Source: Haliotis rufescens (taxonomy: Eukaryota). From it: a stretch of 64,000 nt of DNA. Position numbers and translations under genes: made by a program. Positions 24,601 through 37,605 of this stretch are shown in pieces (positions within the stretch are counted from its first letter, which is position 1; the number at the start of each line of letters is the position of its first letter). The stretch covers positions 24,676,001-24,740,000 of the forward strand of contig NW_025964334.1 of the NCBI RefSeq assembly GCF_023055435.1, in the 5' to 3' direction. Under the pieces are notes generated by a model that saw only the letters and a program-made list of their open reading frames with translations, searched no databases and was not told the DNA's origin.

Positions 24601-25550
24601 TTTAAAAGTTCAAATCAAATTATATTTAAAAATTAAAACCTTGTAGAAGTATTCTTTGAGTGCAGACTAAGCATCAGTACCGTTCATTTTTGGGATATGA
24701 TATCGCTGACTTAGGAGATTTTAAATTGTAATTCAAACATATGATAAAATCAACTGAGAGGTATAGTTTGCTTCGTTCATGAAATCAAAATCTACTATCA
24801 ATTTCAGTGATTAAAAACCTAGTAAGTAGTTTTTTTTCAGTTTATATAAGATTAATCTAGTTTGGGTTACAAAGTCCAGGTTTAAGTTCATAAAGGTAAT
24901 AGTTAGCATGTGTGTGTCGAGTATTGCCGTTTGTCTTTCAAACAGGCTAAGACTTAACGATGTCTTGTCATTGCACGGTAAAGCAAAGAGTCTTAATCGT
25001 AAAGATCTGTGTTAGCCGTCAGGATATATCGGTCACGGCATGGCTAAACGCCAGCACGCCCCTCTGTACATCAAAGACCGGATATACTGCCAGGATTATT
25101 AGACAGCCTTGTCGTCCATGCGTCCCAATGCCATACTGTCCAGTTTTACTCTGATATAGTTCACTCTGGCGGTCATATAAGGGGTGTCAGTTGTCTGTGT
25201 TGTCAATGATATAGTCAGGGTGAGGTCACAAAGGGTTGTGACAAGTTCTGGGTGGCATCGCTAATGACCATGGCAGAGTTAGAACGTCAAGGACAATGAC
25301 AGTCAGTGTTAAGTCAAGGACAATGACCGATTCGGTTGGGATCTCAAAAGACCATGAAAGATTCTTGATGGGATCGTCAAGGGTCATGACAGGTACAGGG
25401 TTATGTCAGCAAGGACTATGACGATGGACCATGACAGATTCAGGTTAGGTCACCAATGACTATGGCATGTACAGGTCGGGGTTACAAAAGGTCTTGCCAT
25501 ATTCTGTGTGAAGCCACGAAGGGCCACGCCAGGGTGGGGTTCAGTAACGG

Positions 25551-27680
25551 CCATGACAGGTTCAGGTGGGGATCACAATCACCCTGACAGGTTCAGGTGG
25601 GGATCACAGTTACCATGGCAGGTTCAGGTGGGGATCACAGTTACCATGACAGGTTCAGGTGGGGATCACAATTACCATGACAGGTTCAGGTGGGGATCAC
25701 AGTTAACATGACAGGTTCAGGTGGGGATCACAGTAAACGTGACAGGTTCAGGTGGAGATCAAAATTACCATGACAGGTTCAGGTGGGGATCACAATTACC
25801 ATGACAGGTTCAGGTGGGGATCACAGTTAACATGACAGGTTCAGGTGGGGATCACAGTAAACATGACAGGTTCAGGTGAAGATCCAAATTACCATGACAG
25901 GTTCAGGTGGGGATCACAATTACCATGACAGGTTCCGGATGGAGATCACAGTTACCATGAGAGGTTCAGGTGGGGATCACAATTACCATGACAGGTTTAG
26001 GTGGGGATCACTGTAACCATGACAGGTTCCCGATGGGGATCACACTTGCCATGACAGGTTCAGGTGGGGATCATAGTTACCATGACAGGTTCAAGTGGGG
26101 ATCACAGTTACCATGACAGGTTCAGGTGGGGATCAAAGTTACCATGACAGGTTCAGATGGGGCTCACAGTTACCATGACAGGTTCAGGTGGGGATCACAG
26201 TTACCATGACAGGTTCAGGTGGGGATCACAGTTACCATGACAGGTTCAGGTGGGGATCACAGTTACCATGACAGGTTCAGGTGGGGATCACAGTTACCAT
26301 GACAGGTTCAGGTGGGGATCACAGTTACCATGACAGGTTCAGGTGGGGATCACAGTTACCATGACGGGTTCATGTGGGGATCACAGTTACCATGACAGGT
26401 TCAGGTGGGGATCACAATTACCATGACAGGTTCAGGTGGGGATCACAGTTAACATGACAGGTTCAGGTGGAATCACAATTACCATGACAGGTTCAGGTGG
26501 GGATCACAATTACCATGACAGGTTCAGGTGGGAATCACAGTTACCATGACAGGTTAAGGATCGGGATCATAGTTACCATGACAGGTTCAGGTGGGGATCA
26601 CAACTACCATGACAGGTTCAGGTTGGGATCACAATTACCATGACAGATTCAGGTGGGGATCGCAATTACCATGACAGGTTCAGGTGGGGATCACAATTAA
26701 CATGACAGGTTCAGGTGGGGATCACAATTACCATGACAGGTTCAGGTTTGGATCACAATTACCATGACAGGTTCAGGTGGGGATCACAATTACCATGACA
26801 GGTTCCGGTGGGGATCACAATTACCATGACAGGTTCAGGTTGGGATCACAATTACCATGACAGGTTCAGGTGGGGATCGCAATTACCATGACAGGTTCAT
26901 GTGGGAATCACAGTTACCATGACAGGTTCAGGTGGGGATCACAGTTACCATGACAGGTTTAGTAGGAGATCACAGTTACCATGACAGGTTCAGGTGGGGA
27001 TCACAATTACCATGACAGGTTCAGGTGGGGATCACAGTTAACATGACAGGTTCAGGTGGAGATCACAATTACCATGACAGGTTCAGGTGGGGATCACAAT
27101 TACCATGACAGGTTCAGGTGGGGATCACAGTTACCATGACAGGTTCAGGTGGGGATCACAGTTACCATGACAGGTTCAGGTGGGGATCACATTACCATGA
27201 CAGGTTCAGGTGGGGATCACAGTTACCATGACAGGTTCAGGTGGGGATCACATTACCATGACAGGTTCAGGTGGAGATCACAGTTACCATGACAGGTTCA
27301 GGTGGGGATCACAGTTACCATGACAGGTTCAGGTGGGGATCACGGTTACCATGACAGGTTCAGGTGGGGATCACAGTTACCATGACAGGTTCAGGTGGGG
27401 ATCACAATTACCATGACAGGTTCAGGTGGGGATCACAGTTACCATGACGGGTTCATGTGGGGATCATAGTTACCATGACAGGTTCAGGTGGGGATCACAG
27501 TTACCATGACAGGTTCAGGTGGGGATCACTGTAACCATGACAGGTTCAGGTGGGGATCACAGTTACCATGACAGGTTCAGGTGGGGATCACAGTTACCAT
27601 GACAGGTTCAGGTGGGGATCACAATTACCATGACAGGTTCAGGTGGGGATCACAATCACCCTGACAGGTTCAGGTGAATA
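25551..27680. repeat. 31-bp minisatellite, ~68 copies
   Basis: Unit CCATGACAGGTTCAGGTGGGGATCACAGTTA. Confidence 0.97.
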
Positions 27681-28185
27681 TCCCCATTTCCAGGTTAGAT
27701 GTTCAGGTGGGGGTCACCATTACCTTGTCAGGTTGAGAGTGAGATAAACAAAGACCAATGGTTTTTGTTTTGCGTTTCAAGATGGGATATCAACCTTTCT
27801 GATATATGCACTAAATGCCCAACGTATAAACAAGTGCGTAGAGGTAAGAGGTATATGTAAGTCAGTTGTGGTTGCGTTTTATTGCACCTTGTCAGTGCTG
27901 TCTGACGCATGTGGCTAATCACACGCAGTATCTCCATAGTTGTCAAATGTGGGTCCATGTCCGGAATTCAGCTAAGCTAGTATTTATCTCCACATCAAAC
28001 ACCTAACCACTAACGCATTGCAATCTACTTAAAGATGCATGAATGCTATTCATTATCGGGATTGACACAACAATGCGTCTACATTGAACATGGACGTTAT
28101 TGTAATTAATATAGATTTTTTTAGAGGGAAATACATAATGTTTGTTCTTTATATCACGTCGGAGTTATAATTACAGCATGATCAG

Positions 28186-28410
28186 TTTGTTTGTTTGTTT
28201 GTTGTTTAAAGCCGCACTAATTAAGCAATGTTTCGGGTATATGACTGCGGTCTGTAAATGTAAATCAGACCATCCAGTGATTGACATCATGAGTACTTGG
28301 GATACGATGACATGTATCAACCAGGTAACCGAGCCTGACCACCCGATTTCGTTAGTCGCCTCTTTCGACAAGCATAGTCGCCTTTTTACGGCAAGCATGG
28401 GTTGCGGAAG
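28186..28410 (-). mobile_element. Family D short retroelement (partial second copy at ~28540-28652)
   Basis: Similarity to the reference copy. Confidence 0.8.
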
Positions 28411-28884
28411 ACGTGTTTTAGTCACGCATTAAACAAGTATTACAGATGGAAGACGTGAGTGTTACATTTCGGGTCAACTAATCATAAAAGACTGAAACCC
28501 TTTCCAAAATCATAAGAAATCTCCATTGTACGATTCAATCCACGCAATTGGGATACGATGACATGCATCAACAAAATCAGCGAGCCTGACCATCTAATCC
28601 CGTTAGTCGCCTCTTACGACAAGCATAGTTGCCTTTTACGGCAAGCATGGGATTGTGTCTATAAACCACTATCAAGTAGATATGATACAAGGTGAGAGCA
28701 TCCTACCTCACTGGTGGCACCTGTCACCTCGCCTAGAAGTGGACCGCCTGGTAGTCAGCCTCGTCGTACCCAACCAGGGAGTGGTCCGCCCACATTCATT
28801 GGTAACCTGCCTTGAAGTTGTCCGCCACAAATGGCCCGCATAGTATTACACAACTCGGCACAGGTCCACCTACTTGTAGCCCGC

Positions 28885-29286
28885 CAGCGAGTGAGTTAAA
28901 TTGTTCTCACATAGGCGACCCACCTACTAGTAGCCCGGCTAGCAGTGAGTGGGTTAAATTGTTCCTCGCATAGGCGACCCGACAATTAGTAGCCCGGCTA
29001 GCAGTGAATGGGTTAAATTGTTCCTCGCATAGACGACCCACCTACTAGTAGCCCGGCTAGCAGTGAGAGGGTTAAATTGTTCCTCGCATAGGCGACCCAC
29101 CTACTAGTAGCCCGGCTAGCAGTGAGAGGGTTAAATTGTTTCTCACAAAGGCGAACCGCCTACTAGTAGCCCACCTAGCAGTGAACGGGTTAAATTGTTG
29201 TTCACAAAGGCGAACTGCCTACTAGTAGCCCACCTAGCAGGAAGTGGGTTAAATTGTTCTTCACAAAGGCGAACCGCCTACTAGTA
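28885..29286. repeat. 59-bp tandem repeat, ~7 copies (also 23490-23725, 31170-31285, 34190-34305)
   Basis: Unit TAGCAGTGAGTGGGTTAAATTGTTCCTCACATAGGCGAACCGCCTACTAGTAGCCCGGC. Confidence 0.93.
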
Positions 29287-32200
29287 ATGTGTTAATGAAT
29301 CACTATCAAATAGTGATGACAGCGAGTGCTCAAGCAAAGGTAAAACCGTAAAATTAAATCTAAGCTCTAAAGGTTGCATTCTGTGTCAATATTATTACAG
29401 AAAGGGCATAACATGTCCTCAAAAGTAATGAGAGTCTATATTGTGGCGTCCTGTCTTCGCATGTGGGGATAGGCTTCCATGCCGTGGTCCAGGTTCTTAA
29501 GTGTATGCTAGTTTACTACACATTGATAACTTTAGTCATCTAATTACATCAGAGAAATCAGATTTTATATATAAACTTAAAGAATAATAGCCGATTTTCA
29601 ACTTGAATTATGTAACCAATTCTTACATCAAAAGTATGTTTCGGGCATCTGGCCATGGGATCTGTATACTCTCAGACTCGTATTGCAACAATCAATGCAA
29701 GATTCATTTAATCATTTAAAACAAAATTTAGGTTTTTGCGGTACCCTTCTCCTTGCGATATGTTAAACATTACAATCCAAATCGACACGGTTTCGGTTAT
29801 GTTCAGTTCAAATAAGTAGTGAAGAGAATTTTAAAGAGGAATTATAAGTTTGGGTGTCGCCTTCACCTTTACCCTATACAGATAACACAAATTCAATGCA
29901 TAGGGGCCATCTTTACAGCAGTTTGTCTATCTACATGGTTATCATTCTGGCATGTATACTTAGGGGCAAAAGAAAGTATACTGAGTTTGTTTTGCATGTC
30001 ACTGAAAATTGAAAGAACTGTTGTTAAATTTGATTTTGTCTATTTAACCATCACTCAACAATTTATTTTCAACGATAAGATTCTAAGATACCCATCGGCA
30101 GTTGTGTATTATGTGAATGGTTTGTTTCGTCTATGAAATCCAAATCAGTAATTCACAACTTAGTGCGTAGGTTTTTGCAGTTTGTATAAGATTAATCTAG
30201 TTTGGGATACAAGGTACACGTTTAAGTACATAAAGGTAATAGTTAGCATGTGTGTGTCCAGTATAGACGTTTGTTTTGACGATGTCTTGTCAAGGCACGG
30301 TGTAGCAAAGAGTCTTAATCGTAAAGATCTGTGTTAGCCGTCAGTGTATATCGGTCACGGCATGGCTGAACGCCAGCACGTCCCTCTGTACACCAAAGAC
30401 CGGATATACTGTCATGGATTATTAGAGTCAGGGTGAGGTCACCAAGGGTTCTGACAAGTTCTGGGTGGCATCGCTAATGACCATGGCAGAGTTAGAACGT
30501 CAAGGACAATGAAAGTCAGTGTTAAGTCAAGGACAATGGCCGATTCGGGTGGGATCTCAAAAGACTATGAGTTAGGTCACCAAGGACCATGAAAGATTCT
30601 TGATGGGATCGTCAAGGGTCACGACAGGTACAGGGTATGTCACCAATAATCATGACAGAGTCTAGGTGGGGTCGTCAAGGAACATGACAGGTACAAGGTT
30701 AGGTCATCAAGGACTATGACAGATTCCTGTTGGCATCGTCAAGGAACATGACAGGTACAGGGTAAGGTCATCAAGGACTATGACATGGCTGAGTGGGATC
30801 GTCAAGGACCATGACAGGTACAGGGTATGGTCACCAAGAATAATGACAGAGTCTAGGTGGGGTCGTCAAGAAACATGACAGGTACAGGGTTAGGTCATCA
30901 AGGACTATGACATGGCTGAGTGGGATCGTCAAGGACCATGACAGGTACATGGTTATGTCACCAAGAATAATGACAGATTCCTGGTGGCATCGTCAAGGAA
31001 CATGACAGGTACGGGGTCATTTCACCAAGATCCATGACAGGGTCTAGGTGGGGTCGTCAAGGACCAGGACAGGTACAGGGTTAGCTCACCAAGAATCATG
31101 ACAGAGTCTAGGTGGCATCATCAAGGACCAGGAGAGGTACAGGGTATGGTCATCAAGGACTATGGATGTTAGCAGTGAGGGGGTTAAATTGTTCCTCACA
31201 TGGGCGAACCGCCTACTAATAGCCCGACTAGCAGTGAGTGGGTTAAATTGTACCTCACAAAGACGAACCGCCTACTAGTAGCCTGTCTGGTAGTGTTATT
31301 GCTGTCTGTACGTGGAGGCAGTGTACTTGGATGAGTGTATGATCTCCATTCCAAGTATTACGGACAGAGAATCAAGCCGAGTATTGGCATCAGCATATGA
31401 TTTTATAACGCTTCTGCTTCTTGAAACAGTTACTCTTGATTTAATTCATTTCGATCACAGAACTGACGGTTTACTACACATTGATAACTTGAGTCATCTA
31501 ACTACATCTAACTACATCTAACTACATCTACATTTTCTGGACAGTATATATAAACTTAAAGAATAATAGCCGATTATCAACTTAAATTATGCAACCAATT
31601 CTAACATCAACAGTAGGGTTCCGGCATGTGGGATCTGTATACTGTCAGACTCGTATTGCAACAATCAACAATGTGGCTTCCTGAGGTTTAATTTCTTTTA
31701 AAGATTCATTTAATCATTTAAAACAAAATTTAGATTTTTGCGGTAAACCTTTCTTGCGATATGATATACTTAACAATCGAAATCGTCACGGTTTCGGTTA
31801 TGTTCAGTTCAAATAAGTAGTGAAAAGATTTTTAAAGAGGAATTATAAGTTTGGGTGTCGCCTTCACCTTTACCCTATACAGATAACACAAATTCAATGC
31901 ATAGGGGCCATCTTTACAACAGTTTGTCTATCTTCATGGTTATCATTCTAGCATGTATACTTAGGGGCAAAAGAAGGTATACTGAGTTTGATTTGCATGT
32001 CACTAAAAATTGAAAGATCTGTTGTTAAATTTGATTTAACCATCACTCATTCTTGAAAGGAATTTTCAACCACACGACCACTAACATAATTTATTTATTT
32101 TATTTATTTTCAACGATAACATTCTAAGATACCCATCGGCAGTTGTGTATTATGCGAATTCGTTTTAACTTTTATAGGTTCAAATCAAATTATTTTTAAA

Positions 32201-33039
32201 AATTAAAACCTTGTAGAAGTATTCTTTGAGTGCAGACTAAGCATCAGTACCGTTCATTTTTGGGATATGATATCGCTGACTTAGGAGATTTTAAATTGTA
32301 AATCAAACATATGATAAAATCAACTGAGAGGTATAGTTTGCTTCGTTCATGAAATCAAAATCTACTATCAATTTCAGTGATTAAAAACCTAGTAAGTAAG
32401 GTTTTTTCAGTTTATATAAGATTAATCTAGTTTGGGTTACAAAGTCCAGGTTTAAGTTCATAAAGGTAATAGTTAGCATGTGTGTGTCGAGTATTGCCGT
32501 TTGTCTTTCAAACAGGCTAAGACTTAACGATGTCTTGTCATTGCACGGTGAAGCAAAGAGTCTTAATCGTAAAGATCTGTGTTAGCCGTCAGTGTATATC
32601 TATCACGGCATGGGTTAACGCCAGCACGATCCTCTGTACATCTAAGACCGGATATACTGTCATGGATAATTAGACAACCTTGTCGTCCAACACTGGTTGA
32701 ATCCCAAATGCCATACTGTTAGAATCCCAATGCCATACTGGCGGAATCCAAATGCCATACTGGCAGAATCCCAATGCCATACTGGCATTTCCCGGAGTAT
32801 TTCACTCTAGTATAGTTCACTGTGGCGGTCAAATAAGGGGTCCCAGTTGTCTGTGTTGTCCATGATAGAGCCAGGGTGAGGTCACCAAGGGTTGTGACAA
32901 GTTCTGGGTGGCATCGCTAATGACCATGGCAGAGTTGGAACGTCAAGGACAATGAAAGTCAGTGTTAAGTCAAGCACAATGACCGATTCGGGTTGGATCT
33001 CAAAAGACTATGAATTAGGCCACTAAGGACCGTGAAAGA

Positions 33040-34185
33040 TTCTTGATGGGATCGTCAAGGTTCATGACAGGTACAGGGTTATGTCACCAAGAATCATGAG
33101 AGAGTCTAGGTGGGATCGTCACGGACCATGACAGGTACAGGGTTATGTCACCAAGAATCATGACAGAGTCTAGGTGGGATCGTCAAGGACCATGACAGGT
33201 GCAGGGTTATGTCACCAAGAATCATGACAATCTAGGTGGGATCGTCAAGGACCATGACAGGTGCAGGGTTATGTCACCAAGAATCATGACAGACTCTAGG
33301 TGGGATCGTCAAGGATTATGACAGGTACAGGGTTAGGTCATCAAGGACTATGACATGGCTCAGTGGGATCGTCAATGACCATGACAGGTACAGACAGGGC
33401 ATGGTCACTAAGAATATAGACAGAGTCTAGGTGGGATCGTCAAGGACCATGACAGTCACATGGTTATGTCACCAAGAACCATGACAGGGTCTAGGTGGCA
33501 TAGTCAAGGAACATGAGAGGTACAGGGTTAGGTCATCAAGGATTATGACATGGCTGAGTGGAATCGTCAAGGACCATGACAGGTACATGGTTATGTCACC
33601 AAGAACCGTAACAGAATCTAGGTGGCATCGTCAAGGAACATGACAGGTACGGGGTTATGTCACCAAGAATCATGACAGATTGCCGGTGGCATAGTCAAGG
33701 AACATGACAGGTACAGGGTTAGGTCATCAAGGACTATGACATGGCTGAGTGGAATCGTCAAGGACCATGACAGGTACATGGTTATGTCACCAAGAACCAT
33801 AACAGAGTCTAGGTGGCATCGTCAAGGAACATGACAGGTACAGGGTTATGTCACAAAGAATCATGACAGATTGCCGGTGGCATCGTCAAGGAACATGACA
33901 GGTACAGGGTTAGGTCATCAAGGACTATGACATGGCTGAGTGGAGTCGTCAAGGAACATGACAGGTACATGGTTATGTCACCAAGAATCATGACAGGGTT
34001 TAGGTGGGGTCGTCAAGGAACATGACAGGTACAGGGTTATGTCACAAAGAACCATGACAGGGTCTAGGTGGGGTCGTCAAGGACCAGGACAGGTACAGGG
34101 TTAGCTCACCAAGAATCATGACAGAGTCTAGGTGGCATCGTCAAGGACCATGACAGGTACAGGGTATGGTCACCAAGGACTATGG
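33040..34185. repeat. ~62-bp (2x31) minisatellite related to the 31-bp array (also 23160-23485, 30590-31160)
   Basis: Alternating CATGACAGGTACAGGGTTATGTCACCAAGAA and CATGACAGAGTCTAGGTGGGATCGTCAAGGA subunits. Confidence 0.92.
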
Positions 34186-34732
34186 ATGTTAGCAGTGAGA
34201 GAGTTAAATTGTTCCTCACATAGGCTAACCGCCTAGTAGTAGCCCGACTAGCAGTGAGTGGGTTAAATTGTACCTAACATTAGCGAACCGCCTACTAGTG
34301 GCCTGTCTGGTAGTGTTATCTCTGTCTGTACGTGGAGGCAGTGTACTTGGATGAGTGTATGATCTCCATTCAACGTATTATGGAAAGAGAATGAAGCCGA
34401 GTATTGGCATCAGCGTATGATTTTATAACGCTTCTGCTTCTTGGAGCAGTCACTCTTTATTTAATTCATTTCGATCACAGAACTGACGGTCTTTAAAAAA
34501 AAACAAATCGAGAAAGACATTTATTGATCGATATTTTGGTAAATTACAATTGGTTCCTTTTCTGGTTGTGGTCCCAACTTTAACTCAGAAATACACAATG
34601 TGATTGAACCATCATAGTCAAAGCTGAGACACATACCGCGACTGCAACTAAACATGGCTTGTATGTCATTGGCGGAGTCCAGACTGCTGGCATGTCAATG
34701 AAGATAGTGAAGAGAATTGGTAATTGGTAATT

Positions 34733-34794
<62 letters not shown>

Positions 34795-34832
34795 GCTGGT
34801 GGTGGTGGTGGTGATGGTGGTGGTAATAATAA
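34733..34832. repeat. (GTA)n-(GTG)n-(TAA)n compound microsatellite abutting a gap
   Basis: Direct reading. Confidence 0.95.
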
Positions 34833-35577
34833 NNNNNNNNNNNNNNNNNNNNNNNNNNNNNNNNNNNNNNNNNNNNNNNNNNNNNNNNNNNNNNNNNNNN
34901 NNNNNNNNNNNNNNNNNNNNNNNNNNNNNNNNNNNNNNNNNNNNNNNNNNNNNNNNNNNNNNNNNNNNNNNNNNNNNNNNNNNNNNNNNNNNNNNNNNNN
35001 NNNNNNNNNNNNNNNNNNNNNNNNNNNNNNNNNNNNNNNNNNNNNNNNNNNNNNNNNNNNNNNNNNNNNNNNNNNNNNNNNNNNNNNNNNNNNNNNNNNN
35101 NNNNNNNNNNNNNNNNNNNNNNNNNNNNNNNNNAAAGTAATAATATTATTTGTTTCGCAGAAAATACTAAAAAATACTAAAGTTTTCTATTCACCTTTTA
35201 ATTTCCCACAATTACACGACAGAACACGACAACAGTACTTAAACTATACAGAGCGATGGTATGCCGACTATGATGGGCACGGTCAGTCTAGGGCTAAGTT
35301 CTAAAGCTAGACTCAACAAACATGTTTATAAGAAAAACTTATAAGGCAACGCATGTGGCATTTTAATGTTCTTACCGCGAAGCTGAATGCGTTCGCAAGC
35401 ACACTTCATTTTCTGAAAACAAAATAAACAAACGTCACTAAACAGTAATCCTTAACGTGCCTCCGCTACACATAGAAATCACGTGCACCGCAAAGTTCAA
35501 TCCGGAAAGTAGATTACATTGTTCTTGTATTTGAACCTGAGACACATGAGACAACCCATGAAAAGTTCTTCAGTCCA

Positions 35578-36010
35578 GTAGCAGTAGCAGTAGTTGCAGT
35601 AGCAGTAGCAGTAGCAGTAGCAGTAGTTGCAGTAGTAGCAGTAGCAATAACAGTAGCAATAACAGTAGTCGCCTTTAATACAGCAAAAACAGAAAACCGA
35701 TGGAAAAGCAGTAGTTGAATCAAATGTGGATTAGTTTGCATCAATATTACAGTACTCTGACGGAGGTTTTGAAACAATAGATCAGACAACCGGTGATTGC
35801 CATCCTTAGCAAGAAGTAGTATTAGCAGTAGCAGTAGCAGTCGTCCCCTTTAAAACAGCAAAAACAGAAAACCGATGGAAAAGCACTAGTTGAATCAAAT
35901 GTGGATTGGTTTGCATCAATATTACAGTATTTTGACGGACATCTCGATACAAAAGATCAGACAATCCGGTGATTGACATCCTGAGAAAGTATCTGTGGTA
36001 GCAGTAGCAG
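35578..36010. repeat. (GTAGCA)n runs with a ~170-bp tandem duplication
   Basis: ACAGCAAAAACAGAAAACCGATGGAAAAGC block at ~35680 and ~35855. Confidence 0.8.
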
Positions 36011-36398
36011 TCCGTGGATCCGTAAACAAGCTAATTATGAACCGACATGAAAACAACGTTTCTTGAGCCAAGCATGATGGCCTGGTCATATCGGTCGAGT
36101 CGTGACATAAGCGATTACAATGTTAAATGTGTTGTTAATATCCTCCTTATTACAGTAATATTTAAAACATATTCAAAACAAGTACGTGTAAATGTTAACC
36201 TGGGACACATCATTTACTGATCATGAAAAATTACAAATATTTTCTAATTATGTTATTAAATAACAACGGCTTTAATGTATAAACTAAATGGTTACTACAC
36301 ATCTTCGTGGTGACGTAATTCACTAGTTGCGTAACATATAAGTGCATTTGATGACGTCATGCATTTGATGCCGTTGTTATTCACGGTACTGCCTCTTC

Positions 36399-37605
36399 CT
36401 AAAACGTCAACGACATCTTCCCGACGGTGAGACAGAACAGCGTCATCGACGTAGATGTCAAGGTCGTTGCAGCGTCGTTACGAAGATATTTCGAGATCTT
36501 GCCCAGCATTCCCTCGGTCTTGTTGTCGTGGCCATGTTGGGAAAAGCCGTAATTGAGATATTCGTTCAGGATGTGCTCGTGGTCAGGGTTGGTGGTCAGA
36601 TTCGTCTCCACGTGGCCAAACATGTCCTCCCCTGAAAGTATGGGAACATGTCACTGACTATTTATGTAAATCAGATGGTCTAGGTTTAATTACCGCAAAC
36701 GCCAAGAGCCGCATTGTGTGTGTTTCCATTCGGGAAAAAAACGAATATTATCACTGGTGTGAAAGCGTCATAGTCGTATGTCTCGCCGAAGTGATAAATA
36801 TCTGCGACTTGGATCGCTACGGTCTTAAAACTACACACAACTCTGACACACCGTTTTACTACTGTTCAGACCGCCTCCGTGGTCTAGTTGTAGAGCGTCC
36901 GCCCGGAGAGCGGAAGGTCCGGGGTTCGATCCCCGGCCGCGTCATACCAAAAGACGTTAAAAGATGGTACTTGTTGTTACCCTGTCTGGCGCTCGGCATT
37001 AAGGGGCTAAAACAAGGACTGGTCCGCTCGGAGTCAGTATACTGTGTCTGAGTGGGGTATTCATGTTAAACTGCGGCATGGTATCTCAGTGAGCTAGCAC
37101 TATAAATCGGCATCAGTCCGGACTAGTACAAGCAGCCACACAAACACACACACGTACATGCACGTCGCTATATAAGTGCAATAATCTTGGACGAGACGTT
37201 AAACCCCATTTCACCTCTCATCAATGTTCAAATCGGTCGATCGAGCGAATAATCAGTCAATCGATTAATCATGCACAAGTTTATTATATACAGTTTCAGC
37301 AAACAATTCATAAGACTTTTCATGCTCATTACAAAATTAAAACATGTGATGCATATGTTTCTTTGTGTCATATTTATGTCATATTTACAAATATTATATA
37401 CTACCATGATGATCGTAGTCGTTGTGACCATAGTCGTTGCCGTAGTGGTGACCGTAGTAATGATTTCCGTAGTGGTTGTAGTGGTAATAATGTTTAGAGC
37501 CGTTGTCGGTGCCGTTGGCGTCCTTGTCGGTACTGTTGGTGCCTGTATCATAATCGGTAGAGTTACCAACAGGAGCCGCGTCGCTACCACAGAGGAGAAC
37601 ACAAC
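36399..37605 (-). CDS. Gene B (last two exons, 37605-37405 and 36631-36399): His/Tyr/Gly/Asn-rich, N-glycosylated, predicted GPI-anchored protein
   Basis: Acceptors ctgttcacag and tactttcag, both phase 1. Frame: GCVLLCGSDAAPVGNSTDYDTGTNSTDKDANGTDNGSKHYYHYNHYGNHYYGHHYGNDYGHNDYDHHGEDMFGHVETNLTTNPDHEHILNEYLNYGFSQHGHDNKTEGMLGKISKYLRNDAATTLTSTSMTLFCLTVGKMSLTF*. It has six N-x-S/T sequons and a hydrophobic C-terminus. The internal donor G|gtagta is weak. Confidence 0.62.
36869..37217 (+). mobile_element. SINE family C, in the last intron of gene B
   Basis: Full length, A and B boxes intact. Confidence 0.9.

Larger units (their letters stand above)
21768..34490. repeat. Nested tandem macro-repeat: four related units (21998-23910, 23911-29286, 29513-31470, 31471-34490) arranged as two ~7.5-kb-offset super-units
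   Basis: The same ~1-kb AT-rich block recurs at ~22.0, 23.9, 29.5 and 31.5 kb; 21768 and 29287 start identical sequence; units 1/3 and 2/4 share diagnostic indels. Confidence 0.92.

Noticed and set aside
25551-27680. Regular 31-, 55- and 59-bp arrays as possible CRISPR arrays
   Set aside because: No unique spacers, no cas genes, and a eukaryotic context.
22339-31521. Repeated ORFs MKRILKRNY... and MEAVYLDEC...
   Set aside because: They recur only because of the macro-repeat, start at non-ATG codons, and are disrupted in sister copies.
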